Source: Promethearchaeota archaeon (lineage in GTDB: Archaea > Asgardarchaeota > Thorarchaeia > Thorarchaeales > Thorarchaeaceae). Taken from it: a stretch of 43,844 nt of DNA. Made by a program: the position numbers and the translations under genes. The DNA is taken from NCBI GenBank assembly GCA_014728035.1, contig WJMJ01000039.1, positions 1 to 43,844 of the forward strand, in the 5' to 3' direction. Shown piece by piece: positions 8,855 to 19,385 of the stretch (its first letter is position 1; the number at the start of each line of letters is the position of its first letter). The notes below the pieces were generated by a model, which saw only the letters and a program-made list of their open reading frames with translations, ran no database searches and was not told the origin of the DNA.

Positions 8855-11800
8855 TTGACCAAAGCTAAAGTGCTAATTGTAGATGATGAACCACATTTAC
8901 TTTCATTAGCAAAGAGATTCCTTGAGCGAGAAAATAGTAATATCGAGGTCGTGACAGTCAAAACTGCAGCTGATGCACTTGATTTGATAGAGCGAACCGA
9001 ATTTGATATCATTGTTTCTGACTATCAAATGAGAGAGATGGATGGGCTTGAACTATTAGAGATAATCAGGGAGAGTGGAAATGATATCCCTTTCATTATA
9101 TGGACTGGACGGTCACGAGAGGAGGTAGCTATTCGAGCTTTAAATTTGGGTGCAACTCATTATGTAAAGAAAGGAGCAGATATCAAGAGTCAATATGTGC
9201 AGCTTTGTCATTTGATTACACAAGCTGTTGAACATCATCGTGCACATTATGCTTTAATTGAGAGCGAAGAAAAATACCGTACTCTTACAGAGGAGTCAAT
9301 CTTTGGTGTGGAGATCTTCCGTGTTGACCCTTTTGAGGTCTTGTACGTAAATAATGCAATGACCAGAATCTTAGGATATCCTACTGAAGAGTTCTATAAT
9401 GCGGATATGCAAGCATTACAGGAAATCATGCATCCTGATGATATGAAGAAATATGCTGAAATTATTGAAAAACTTGCTAAGCGCGAGAAGATTCACTTAG
9501 AAAATATTCGACTAAAACATTCAGATGGTCATTATGTACATATCCAAGTGAGTGTTTCTCAGATTGCGTTTCAGGGAGAACCATGTCATATTGGTTTTGC
9601 AATTGATATAACTGATCTAGTGAAGAAATCCAAGGAAATTGAAGAAAAGACATCGTTACTTGAAGGAATTAATCGAATTCTATTAGAAGCACACTCATCT
9701 AATGACCGTGAAGCAATTGGTAAAATTGCTCTTTCCATTGCTAAACAGATTACAGATAGTAAGTATGGTGCAATTCTAAGTTTATTGGGGAACGAAGAAA
9801 TTGATTTTTGGGTTGTTGCTGATGAAGTAATAAGAGATACCACTGTTTCTCGTCCCGAAGAGGGTTTTCCATATTCAGGGGCATGGGGAAAAGCTATCCT
9901 TGAAGGAAAAAGCTTGTACATCAATGATTATGCTTCATCATTCCCAGACTTTGACCCTCCTGAAGGACATATAGATATAGAATCTGTACTCATAGTTCCA
10001 ATAAAGACAGCAGAAACTCGAAGAGGAGTCATCGGATTAGCAAACAAACCTGGTGGTTATTCATCTTCCGATTTAGAGATGATTGAAACATTATCCATTA
10101 CTATTGCAGAGATTCTAATCACAACACACCAGGAAGAACTATTTCGAAGAATTCAACAAATATCTCCATTATATCTCGACCTTCTTGATACAATCTTTAT
10201 TGCACTTGATGATAGAGGTAGAGTTGTTAGTGCTAACAAGACTGCTTGTAAAGTACTTGATATCTCGCAACATGAAATATTTGGAATGGATTGGTTTAGA
10301 TTTTTTGTACCTCCTGAAGAATCAGATGAAGTTAGACATGTATTTGATTCCATGATTTCAGGAGAAATTGATCCAGTGGAAATATATACAAATCAGGTGA
10401 TAACTACTTCTGGAGAAAAACGATTAATCCGATGGTACAATACATATTATAGGAATTCTGATGGGGAAATTGCTGGTAGTTATTCAACTGGTATTGATGT
10501 TACTGAAGCACACCAAATGGAATTAGAATTATCTAAGAAAGAAAAAATGTATCAGACTCTTTTTGAAGGAGCTGATATCCCTATTATGTTGGTGAGTGAA
10601 GAGGGAAAATATCTTGATGCAAATCCAGCTGCTTTGGAATTTCTTGAGTGCTCACTTGAAGAACTTAAAACAAAATATGTATGGGACTTCTCTGTTGATG
10701 TAGAACAGGATAAATCTGATCATTCACCATTTGTTTCTTCTCGACAAAACATCACCAAATACATAATCAATGGAAAAGTGAAAGTTCTATCACTTACTGT
10801 TCATCCAGTTGAATCTGTTGATGGTACTGTCCTATTTGGAATTGGTATCGATATCACAGACCAGATTGAAGAGCAGGAGGCATTTCTAATCGAAGCAAAG
10901 CAACAGAAAGCTTTTCTTGATTCTCTTAGGGATGGCGTCTGGTATCTTGATTCAGAATGGAAGACACAATATGTTAATCCTATGATGGCTGAAATTCTTG
11001 GTTATTCTGTTGATGAGATGAAAGGAAAAGGGTTGCTGGATTTTGTATTTCCTGAACATCTTGAAGAAACTGTTGCGAAAATGCAAGCTAGAGAAGAAGG
11101 AGAAGTAGAAGATCATGAATTCATATTTCAAAGAAAAAATGGTTCTTCTATTTTTACCGAAGTTCGTGCTTCGCCAGTATTTGATGAGACTGGACAAGTC
11201 ATTGGAGCTATAGCAGCAGTTTCTGACATGACCAAATGGAAAGAAAGTGAACAAAAATTAGTAAAACAAAAAGAAGAACTTAGTGATTTTGCTCACAGAA
11301 TGAGCCACGATTTAAAAGCACTACTTCACAATATTTTGGGATATAACGAGCTAATCGAAGAAGAAAATGAGTCAGCATTTACTGAAGGAATACGAAGACA
11401 GGTAGACCGAATCCAATCCTTGTTAGAACGTTCTGTAGAATTAGCAGATTCCGGTCAAATTATTGGCAAAAAAGAACCACTCTCATTGGAACATCTTCTT
11501 GACGAACTTCGAAGCGAATATTTGTCCGATTCCGTCAGATTAGAAATCGGAGAATTACCTAAAGTGAGAGGGGACCGTTATAAGCTAGACCAAGTTTTCT
11601 CGAATCTGATAAGAAATGCAATTGAACATGCAGATCCGACGACTATTTCGGTCACTTCTGAAGCACATGAAGACTACTCAGATATCCTAGTAAGGAATGA
11701 TGGATTACCAATTGACCCAGAACTACGTCCCCTTCTTCTTACTTCTCAAATAAGTTCAAAGGCCGGTGGGGGCATGGGTCTAGTTATTGTTGAGAGAATA

Positions 11801-11905
11801 ATTCAGGCACATCACTGGAAAATTTCTCTAGATAAAACTGAGAAGACGATATTTAGAATCCGGATACCAAAATCCGATATTGTATCAGAAGGACATATCT
11901 CCTAA
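8855..11905 (+). CDS. hybrid sensor kinase: REC-PAS-GAF-PAS(x3)-HisKA-HATPase
   Basis: N-terminal receiver (IVDDE...VSDYQM...TG...KK), PAS repeats, GAF (PPEGH), H-box SHDLK, N-box NLIRNAIEH, G2 GGGMGL. TTG start at 8855 after GGGGGA. Confidence 0.9.
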   Translation: MTKAKVLIVDDEPHLLSLAKRFLERENSNIEVVTVKTAADALDLIERTEFDIIVSDYQMREMDGLELLEIIRESGNDIPFIIWTGRSREEVAIRALNLGATHYVKKGADIKSQYVQLCHLITQAVEHHRAHYALIESEEKYRTLTEESIFGVEIFRVDPFEVLYVNNAMTRILGYPTEEFYNADMQALQEIMHPDDMKKYAEIIEKLAKREKIHLENIRLKHSDGHYVHIQVSVSQIAFQGEPCHIGFAIDITDLVKKSKEIEEKTSLLEGINRILLEAHSSNDREAIGKIALSIAKQITDSKYGAILSLLGNEEIDFWVVADEVIRDTTVSRPEEGFPYSGAWGKAILEGKSLYINDYASSFPDFDPPEGHIDIESVLIVPIKTAETRRGVIGLANKPGGYSSSDLEMIETLSITIAEILITTHQEELFRRIQQISPLYLDLLDTIFIALDDRGRVVSANKTACKVLDISQHEIFGMDWFRFFVPPEESDEVRHVFDSMISGEIDPVEIYTNQVITTSGEKRLIRWYNTYYRNSDGEIAGSYSTGIDVTEAHQMELELSKKEKMYQTLFEGADIPIMLVSEEGKYLDANPAALEFLECSLEELKTKYVWDFSVDVEQDKSDHSPFVSSRQNITKYIINGKVKVLSLTVHPVESVDGTVLFGIGIDITDQIEEQEAFLIEAKQQKAFLDSLRDGVWYLDSEWKTQYVNPMMAEILGYSVDEMKGKGLLDFVFPEHLEETVAKMQAREEGEVEDHEFIFQRKNGSSIFTEVRASPVFDETGQVIGAIAAVSDMTKWKESEQKLVKQKEELSDFAHRMSHDLKALLHNILGYNELIEEENESAFTEGIRRQVDRIQSLLERSVELADSGQIIGKKEPLSLEHLLDELRSEYLSDSVRLEIGELPKVRGDRYKLDQVFSNLIRNAIEHADPTTISVTSEAHEDYSDILVRNDGLPIDPELRPLLLTSQISSKAGGGMGLVIVERIIQAHHWKISLDKTEKTIFRIRIPKSDIVSEGHIS

Positions 11906-11984
11906 GAGGATTTACATATAATAATGCATAGAATGTAAGCTACGACTTGAATATATTAACTCAGAAATTGAGTAGGGGACAGGA

Positions 11985-14900
11985 ATGAAAGAATCCGAGT
12001 CTACGATACGTATATTGGTTATTGATGATGACGAGGATTTACTGAATATCGCAGAGGTATATCTCAGACGATTAGATTCACAATTCGAGATTACCACTGT
12101 GAATAATCCAAAAAAAGGATTAAGAATGATCCGTAGTGGTCGATTTGACCTCGTCGTCTGTGATTATCAGATGCCAGTACTTAGTGGGTTAGAGATTCTT
12201 AGAACAATAAGAGAAGAAGACAATCAGATTCCATTTATTATCTTTACCGGCCGTTCTCGTGAAGAAGTTGCGATTCAAGCTCTTAACCTTGGAGCAACAA
12301 ATTTCATCAAGAAAGGATCGGATCCAAAGAGTCAATACACAGAATTAGCACATTTGATAAAAAATGCTGTTAGACATAGGAGAGATAGTTTAGCTCTGGT
12401 TGAATATCAGAAGGAACTAGAACTTAGAAATAGGATATCCTCAGTGTTTCTTACCAAGACTGACGAAGATATGTTCTATGAAGTTTTGAATATCTTCATT
12501 GAAGCTCTGTCAAGCAATTTTGGTATTTTTGGTTATGTTGATGAAGAAGGGAATTACATCTGTCCCACGTTAACACGGGAAATTTGGGATGCTTGTCAAG
12601 TAAGTGATAAAACCCTAATTTATCCCCCTGATGAGTGGGGAGGTCTTTGGGCAAAATCAATGAAAGAGAAGAAAATCCAGCACTCCAATGGACCGTTCAA
12701 TCTTCCTGAAGGTCATGTACAGATTAAACGTGTAATCAGTTGCCCAATTATCTATCAAGGTGAATCAATTGGCAATATTCTTGTGGCTGACAAAGAAACC
12801 GAATATGATGAGAATGATATTCGAATATTGGAAACACTGACCAGCGCTCTTGCTCCAATTCTCTATGCATATCTCCAACGTGATCGTAAAGAGCGTCAAC
12901 GACTCCTGGCTGAATCAGCTTTGCGCGAAGAACGGAAGAAGTATCGAGAGTTATACAACAATGCGTTAGTTGGTTTGATTAGAGCAAAACTTAGTGATGG
13001 TATCATTCTTGAATGTAATGACACATTTGCATCGATGATCGGATTTGATAATTCAGAAGCAGTACAAGGTAAAAGAATTGTTAAAGCAATGCATGTAGAC
13101 AAGGAAGATGTAATTCGTGTTGAAAGAGAAATACGAACTGGTTCGTGTATTACTGAGCTTTCCTTGAAATTGCTAAATGGTAATAACATCAGAATTAGAC
13201 TCCAAGCAAAAGCTTACTTTGAACAAGATTTCTTTGAAGCTACCGTCATTGATATGACAGAAGAACAGCGAGCAAGAGAATTACTGAAGTATAGCGAAGA
13301 CAAATTCCGGAATATCTTCGAATTGTCTCCAATAGGTTTGGCAATTCTAGATTCAGATGGATGTATCCTAGAAGCAAACAGCTCTATCCTGAATACATTC
13401 GGTGTGAAAAATTTGCACGACGTTCTTGGTTACAATATTTTCCAAGATCCGAACCTATCTCTTGAAGGGAGAAAGAAAGTTGTGTCGAATGGAGCATATG
13501 GAGCAATTGCTCCATATGATTTTTCATTAGTTCAGAATAGGTCATTATATCACACTTCCAGAAATGATGTAGCATTTTTCGATGCAACATTTATTTCCTT
13601 TGAGAGTATGCTCAATACTCAATTTTACCTCTTTACAGTAAATGAAGTCACTGTTCTGAAGAAAATTGAAATGAAATTGAGAGAATCTGAAGAGAATTGG
13701 AAACGATTGATACAGCATTCTCGGGATGTATTTGTACAAACTGATAAATATGGCGAAATCATATTTGTCAATAGATCATTAAGCGGCATCCCTGCTGAAA
13801 AATTGATTGGCCAAAATGTTTTTGATTATATTAAAACTTCTCTCTATGATGATAAAGAGCTATTAGAAACCGTAACTAAGAATGGTGAGATTGTAGAATA
13901 TCAGTCGAGATATTTTGACGAAGAAGAGTATATTTTGGAAATTACTGCATCACCAACGTTTGAGAATGGACGGATTTCTGGAATGATTTTGAAAGTTTCA
14001 AATGTCACTGAACGAGAAAACTTATTGGAAAAACTGAAAGCCTCAGAATTGAAATATAGGACTTTAGCAGAGAAATCCGTACAAGGTGTTACTCTTTTTC
14101 AAGATAGTAAATGTGTTTACGTAAATTCAGCACTATGCAAATTAGTAGGTTATTCAGCAGATGAGATTCTAGGAGAAAAAGTTGAATCAATTGTTGAGAT
14201 ATTGCACGAAGATGATAGAGAGAAAGCACTCAGAAGATTCTATGAGAAATATTCTGGAAAAAGCAACAGGCAATCTATGGAATACAGGTTTGTCCACAAG
14301 GATGGAACTATTAAATGGGTTGAATTGTTTTCATCCCTAATTCACATAGAAAAAAAACAAATGTTACAAATTCTTGTGATAGATATTTCTGAGAGAAAAC
14401 AATACCAACAAAGACTAGAAAAAGAACGTCAGAAACTATTTGATGTACTTGAAAATATTCCAGCATTTGTATTTATATCAAAACCAGGGGGGATAATTGA
14501 ATGGATGAATCCTATAGCTAAGAGTCTATTCGAGAAAGAATTCATTCTATCTGAAGATGATGATGCAATTATGCCAATGCCTGATGGTATTGATACTAAA
14601 CGAGGAAGTTTAAGAGATATTGAATGGACTACAGGGGACGGAAAAACATTCACAATCCGGTCAAGTCCTTTTATTGATATCACTGGTGAAAGAATGATTC
14701 TACATGTTGGAATAGATATCTCAGAACGTGTTGAATTCGAGAAGCAATTAAGAAGTAAGAAGGCTGAACTTAGTGAGTTCGTTGAAAGAATCGCTCATGA
14801 CCTACGAGGGATGCTCCAAGTTATTTCTGGTAGAGTTAGCTTAATTGAAGGGAAACAAAACCAGGAGAATGTGACTGAGATTCAAGATACCATTCATATG

Positions 14901-15380
14901 ATTCAGACTCTGCTCTCCAAGTCCGTTGCACTCGCAGATGCAGGGCTTATTATAGGCGATTTGACCGATGTTGATTTGAATGAATTAGTCAACAAAATAG
15001 CAAGGACCGTCATACCTGAAACTATCAAATTTGAAAGCGACCATTTACCAAAAGTTTATGCTGATCGTGAGAAATTATCACAAGTTGTGTTGAATTTACT
15101 GAGAAATGCTATTGAACATGGAAAACCTACTAAAATCAGCATTCTATCGGAAGAAACCGAATCACATTCAGATATTATATTTGTAAATAATGGTATACCG
15201 ATAGATTCCAGTATTCGCGATTCAGTCCTTTCACCAAGTTTTACAAGAAAATCAAAGAGGGGTATTGGATTGAAGATTGTTAGTAGGATTGTTTACGCTC
15301 ATGGTTGGGAGATATCTTTAGATGATAAAGAAGATACTAGCTTCCGGATTCGTATTCCAATTCAACATATAATAAAGTAG
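11985..15380 (+). CDS. hybrid sensor kinase: REC-GAF-multi-PAS-HisKA-HATPase
   Basis: Receiver (VIDDD...VCDYQMP), GAF (LPEGH), several PAS domains, H-box AHDLR, N-box NLLRNAIEH. Paralog of the upstream kinase. Confidence 0.9.
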   Translation: MKESESTIRILVIDDDEDLLNIAEVYLRRLDSQFEITTVNNPKKGLRMIRSGRFDLVVCDYQMPVLSGLEILRTIREEDNQIPFIIFTGRSREEVAIQALNLGATNFIKKGSDPKSQYTELAHLIKNAVRHRRDSLALVEYQKELELRNRISSVFLTKTDEDMFYEVLNIFIEALSSNFGIFGYVDEEGNYICPTLTREIWDACQVSDKTLIYPPDEWGGLWAKSMKEKKIQHSNGPFNLPEGHVQIKRVISCPIIYQGESIGNILVADKETEYDENDIRILETLTSALAPILYAYLQRDRKERQRLLAESALREERKKYRELYNNALVGLIRAKLSDGIILECNDTFASMIGFDNSEAVQGKRIVKAMHVDKEDVIRVEREIRTGSCITELSLKLLNGNNIRIRLQAKAYFEQDFFEATVIDMTEEQRARELLKYSEDKFRNIFELSPIGLAILDSDGCILEANSSILNTFGVKNLHDVLGYNIFQDPNLSLEGRKKVVSNGAYGAIAPYDFSLVQNRSLYHTSRNDVAFFDATFISFESMLNTQFYLFTVNEVTVLKKIEMKLRESEENWKRLIQHSRDVFVQTDKYGEIIFVNRSLSGIPAEKLIGQNVFDYIKTSLYDDKELLETVTKNGEIVEYQSRYFDEEEYILEITASPTFENGRISGMILKVSNVTERENLLEKLKASELKYRTLAEKSVQGVTLFQDSKCVYVNSALCKLVGYSADEILGEKVESIVEILHEDDREKALRRFYEKYSGKSNRQSMEYRFVHKDGTIKWVELFSSLIHIEKKQMLQILVIDISERKQYQQRLEKERQKLFDVLENIPAFVFISKPGGIIEWMNPIAKSLFEKEFILSEDDDAIMPMPDGIDTKRGSLRDIEWTTGDGKTFTIRSSPFIDITGERMILHVGIDISERVEFEKQLRSKKAELSEFVERIAHDLRGMLQVISGRVSLIEGKQNQENVTEIQDTIHMIQTLLSKSVALADAGLIIGDLTDVDLNELVNKIARTVIPETIKFESDHLPKVYADREKLSQVVLNLLRNAIEHGKPTKISILSEETESHSDIIFVNNGIPIDSSIRDSVLSPSFTRKSKRGIGLKIVSRIVYAHGWEISLDDKEDTSFRIRIPIQHIIK

Positions 15381-15393
15381 TACTAATGGATAT

Positions 15394-16218
15394 TCATTCT
15401 TGAGTATTGTCCATTATACTGACAGGTACTCTCATCTCTTTATCAAACTTCCATGGAATATCTAGAGTTACTTTGAGCTCAAATTGGATTTTAATTAGGT
15501 CACTTTTGAAGGGAAATGGCCAAGCTGGATAAGTCAACAGAGTGGGCTCGAACCATGTACCTCGTGACATTTCTGAATCTTCAATATAGATTTCTGAAAC
15601 AGTTCTTACGCTTTTTCGCTTTCTCCCTTGAGGTGAGACCTCTTCTATCTGCAAAATTTCCACTCTTACACCACGCATTTTTAGGTCCGGATCGATACAG
15701 AGTTTGATTGGAAAACGTTTTCCTGGGATTATCCTAATATCTGGTACCTCAAGTCTCGCGATGATAATTCCTTCTTCTTCAATGGTAGCATTCTCACTCT
15801 GAATATCGGGAGGTGCGTGTTCCTCTCTCACTCGAACTTCTTGTTTATCAGATTTATCGAACGCCCATGAAATCTCAATTTTTGCTTCGATATGATAACG
15901 AATACTGGAATAGGCTCCTACAAACGTAGCTGGTGAGCCATCTGGGATTTTAAATGAGAAACCATAGATATTTTCTCCTTCCTGCAAAGTGGTCTTTTCT
16001 GCGATGATTTTCTGTTCCTGTACATGGTCTCGTTGTTCTATGATATCATGTTTATGTCTTCCAGAACCAATTGTTATCCGCGATTCTTCCAAACCATGAA
16101 AGGTGATCCATATTTTTTCACAACTGAACTCTTTATTGCTTTTCACAATCAAAGTTCCATCTACTGTTTCTCCAGCTTCATAGAATTTTTTTGGGAGCTT
16201 TATCTCAACCTTCTTCAT
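15394..16218 (-). CDS. arrestin-fold protein (alpha-arrestin/Vps26/SpoOM clan)
   Basis: FYEAGETVDG..., FSFKIP..SPATFVG..SSIRYHIEAKI...WAFD matches the arrestin N-domain. The second domain ends IQFELKVTLDIPWKFD. Confidence 0.8.
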   Translation of the reverse strand: MKKVEIKLPKKFYEAGETVDGTLIVKSNKEFSCEKIWITFHGLEESRITIGSGRHKHDIIEQRDHVQEQKIIAEKTTLQEGENIYGFSFKIPDGSPATFVGAYSSIRYHIEAKIEISWAFDKSDKQEVRVREEHAPPDIQSENATIEEEGIIIARLEVPDIRIIPGKRFPIKLCIDPDLKMRGVRVEILQIEEVSPQGRKRKSVRTVSEIYIEDSEMSRGTWFEPTLLTYPAWPFPFKSDLIKIQFELKVTLDIPWKFDKEMRVPVSIMDNTQE

Positions 16219-16388
16219 AATAGCTCTACTCCTCTCATGGATGATACGATTTTAACAATACCAATTATTGAATGATTCACCTAAATCATATTAAATACTA
16301 CCTTCAATACCTTCGACTTAGGTAAATGAATTCTAACTATCATACACTTTTACATAGTATTTATCAGATATTTTTTGCTAGGTTTCTT

Positions 16389-16730
16389 ATGAAAATAGAG
16401 GATTACGAATTTGGAAAAGTAAAAATCAATGGTAAGAAATATGAAGACGATCTTATCATTATTGATGGGACTATTTACCCGAAATGGTGGAGAAAAGAGG
16501 GACATAACCTTCATCTGGAAGACCTGACTGAAATATTCTCCAGAAAACCAGACACACTGATAGTAGGAACTGGGTTTTATGGACGTATGAAAGTATCTGA
16601 GGAGATAGAAAAAGAATTGGAACAGATTGGATGCAAGCTGATAGTGAAGAAGACAAAGGACGCTGCCAAAATCTTCAATGAAATTTCCGATGATAAGACG
16701 ATCGCTTTAGCTATTCATCTCACCTGTTAG
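16389..16730 (+). CDS. Mth938/AAMDC-like domain protein
   Basis: IEDYEFGKVKINGKKYEDDLII, LIVGTG..G.M and terminal HLTC. Start moved to ATG 16389. Confidence 0.9.
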   Translation: MKIEDYEFGKVKINGKKYEDDLIIIDGTIYPKWWRKEGHNLHLEDLTEIFSRKPDTLIVGTGFYGRMKVSEEIEKELEQIGCKLIVKKTKDAAKIFNEISDDKTIALAIHLTC

Positions 16731-16770
16731 TGGTTTCACTTACTGATTATACTTTCATTCTACTTTCATT

Positions 16771-19149
16771 TTATTTTACAAGTGCATGCCAAATAGCCCA
16801 AATACTAAGCGGTCTCATATACATTGAAGCTCGAAAGTTTCCATCTTTGGTCCATGCTTCTGGAGTTCTGAACCAATATCCTCTATCTCTGTAGACCACT
16901 TCGTAGATTCCTTTGGCAGTATTGAAACCTTCATCAACTAACCCTTCGTAAATCATCTCTGCAGCTACTCCCATTGTTGTTCCGGTCCAAACCTCCGCAG
17001 ACTGCATACTACTATTGTCTATGGACCCGTCTGGTCGCATCCCATTCATCGCACCCATTTTTCCTGAAGCATATCCTAGAACGTTGAATTTGTACACGGA
17101 TTCCATTGCTTTTCTTGCTTTTACGGGTTCAATTATTCCCTCCAAACCGGAGGCATGTAAATACCATTGACCAGCAAGCTGGTCTGCCATAATGCTATCA
17201 CTATGTTTCCCCTCGCTAGAGTCAAAATTAAAGTATTCACCATTCCAGAGTTTTTCTTCATAGACAGATAATCCATTCTTCAAAATTTTCTGATATTTAG
17301 TGACTATCTTTTCATCTCCTAGGATTATAGCCATCTCAATCATGCATTTTACAGATGCAAGATAGAGACCTCCACAATATGCACTGACCCCTTCCATTGT
17401 CCAAGTGTCATAGGTCTGGTCTGGAAATCCCTCATTTTCAATCATACCATCTTGATCTGTATCAAAGTTATCAAGATACTCCATAGCAGCTACTACTGAG
17501 GGCCAACACTCCTTAAGAAATTCTAAGTTTCCAGTCAGATAATAATCTCTATAGACCTGAAGAACGAATTTACTATTGAGATCCTTCCATCGGCCTACAT
17601 CTTGAGCATTGTATGCGTTCAACGCAATCCATGGGTCTTCTTGAGGCATACCTACATCGTGGGGGATGACTCCAAGTGGTTTTCTTTCTGCTTTTCCACC
17701 CTCGAATAGTAGCGTTCTTTCTCTTTCATCTTGCATTGCTACACTTTTAGCATAGTCACGTTGAATGCTAAGTTCAAGTTTTGGCCAATTCATTACTAGT
17801 GCAAAACTCGCGTAGAAATGAACATCATAGGTATTGTAAAATGGATAATCAAAGCATTCCAAATATCCAAATTTTCCTACACCTTCAGTTTCCAGTCCAG
17901 TGTCAATTTCACCTGTTTCCCAAGCGGTTCCACCGTCAACTAAGTAGTATAATTCATTGAATAACATACCCTTCAACCAATCTGGAATATCTGCGTCCAA
18001 GATAGGTTTTTGCCAATCAATAACCTGCTTTTCCCAATTTCTCCAAGAATCCAAAGCTCTGATTGCTATAGCTATTGCATTATCTCCACTCGTATCAAAG
18101 AATCTTGTATATCTTCGATACCACTCTCTTCCGTATCCAAAACGGATTATTGGAATATCCCATGACAATACGAAGACTATCTCTTTCTTCTCATTCGCTT
18201 CCAGAGTTGTTTTTGCACATAGAGCAGCTCCAGTCCGCTGAAGTCCTGCAGGTCGATAGTGTTCTATCTCAGTAAGTCTGCCTTCACGTCTGAAATCATG
18301 CCATACCTCTGTGCCATTATGGTCGGTACTAAACTCATTACAGGCTGAAATATCAATCCCCTCGTTTCCATCAACTCCAATTGCAAAGGATACAGGATAT
18401 ACCTCATCTGTTCTCTCATGTCCTAATTCTATGAGAACCCTGTGTGCACCTCGATTCTCAACATGTGTGTAGTCTCCCTCTTTCGGTCTTCTAGAGGGAT
18501 TGATGGAATTTTCCCAGGTAAACATCAGAGATGTTTCAAGAGGGGTTTCTGAGACATTTTCTACTTCCCATACGAACACTCCAACAGGGAAGGAAGTATG
18601 CTCGTAATTGTGACCAATTACTGGAGAAATCTGTCTGCACGTCATTCTTAGACCTTTATCCGAGAAATCATATCCTGTCCAAGCTCTTGGGAATAGAGCA
18701 TGATATTCTGCACGTCTCGGACTCATTCCCCAGCTCCATTCTTTGAGTCGATCTCCTTCTGGTTTTCGTACGTTCAAGGTCTGAAGAAAAATATCTTCAT
18801 TATTTCTAATTCTCACATGAAACTGGTTTGCTAATGATGGTTCATAATGGTGCTTTCCGATTTCGAGATGCCACCTAGCAAAATCACCCAAGTATGACCT
18901 ACCAATACTACCTGCTCCTATTCCTCCGATGGGTAATCCTTGATTATAACCGTCATCAAGTGCCTTAACGCCTGAAAATCCTGAAGGAGGTTCCCCATCT
19001 ATGCCAGCTCTTTTCGATTGTCCTCTCATACGGAAGTATGTGGGTATCATTTTAAGTATGAATTTCAAGGGATAACCCCTTGGTTTTCCTACTTTTTTAG
19101 GCTTGGATGTAAATGGCATTTTCCAAGCGCATACTGGTATCTCATCCAT
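16771..19149 (-). CDS. GH116 beta-glucosidase / non-lysosomal glucosylceramidase (GBA2-like)
   Basis: GLPIGGIGAGSIGRS, FGYLE (nucleophile), YNTYDVHFYASFAL, WKDLN.KF, DQTYD (acid/base), DQLAGQW, FRTPEA, YMRPL.IW. Confidence 0.95.
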   Translation of the reverse strand: MDEIPVCAWKMPFTSKPKKVGKPRGYPLKFILKMIPTYFRMRGQSKRAGIDGEPPSGFSGVKALDDGYNQGLPIGGIGAGSIGRSYLGDFARWHLEIGKHHYEPSLANQFHVRIRNNEDIFLQTLNVRKPEGDRLKEWSWGMSPRRAEYHALFPRAWTGYDFSDKGLRMTCRQISPVIGHNYEHTSFPVGVFVWEVENVSETPLETSLMFTWENSINPSRRPKEGDYTHVENRGAHRVLIELGHERTDEVYPVSFAIGVDGNEGIDISACNEFSTDHNGTEVWHDFRREGRLTEIEHYRPAGLQRTGAALCAKTTLEANEKKEIVFVLSWDIPIIRFGYGREWYRRYTRFFDTSGDNAIAIAIRALDSWRNWEKQVIDWQKPILDADIPDWLKGMLFNELYYLVDGGTAWETGEIDTGLETEGVGKFGYLECFDYPFYNTYDVHFYASFALVMNWPKLELSIQRDYAKSVAMQDERERTLLFEGGKAERKPLGVIPHDVGMPQEDPWIALNAYNAQDVGRWKDLNSKFVLQVYRDYYLTGNLEFLKECWPSVVAAMEYLDNFDTDQDGMIENEGFPDQTYDTWTMEGVSAYCGGLYLASVKCMIEMAIILGDEKIVTKYQKILKNGLSVYEEKLWNGEYFNFDSSEGKHSDSIMADQLAGQWYLHASGLEGIIEPVKARKAMESVYKFNVLGYASGKMGAMNGMRPDGSIDNSSMQSAEVWTGTTMGVAAEMIYEGLVDEGFNTAKGIYEVVYRDRGYWFRTPEAWTKDGNFRASMYMRPLSIWAIWHALVK

Positions 19150-19385
19150 ATCTCAGACCTCAGATATACCTGAGTAAATCTACTATATGTTTCTTCGTAG
19201 TAGTATTCAAGTAGAAGCTGAAGATTAGTTCTTAATCACTAATATTTCAGATATCCATTGTATTTATTAAATATTACAAACTTTTTCAATTTGAATTGTG
19301 ATACTTCATCTCGTAATACTAAAAAGATTACAATGCTATATCTATACAGAAAATAACCTATCAACCAATTATAGGAGCTTGAATA

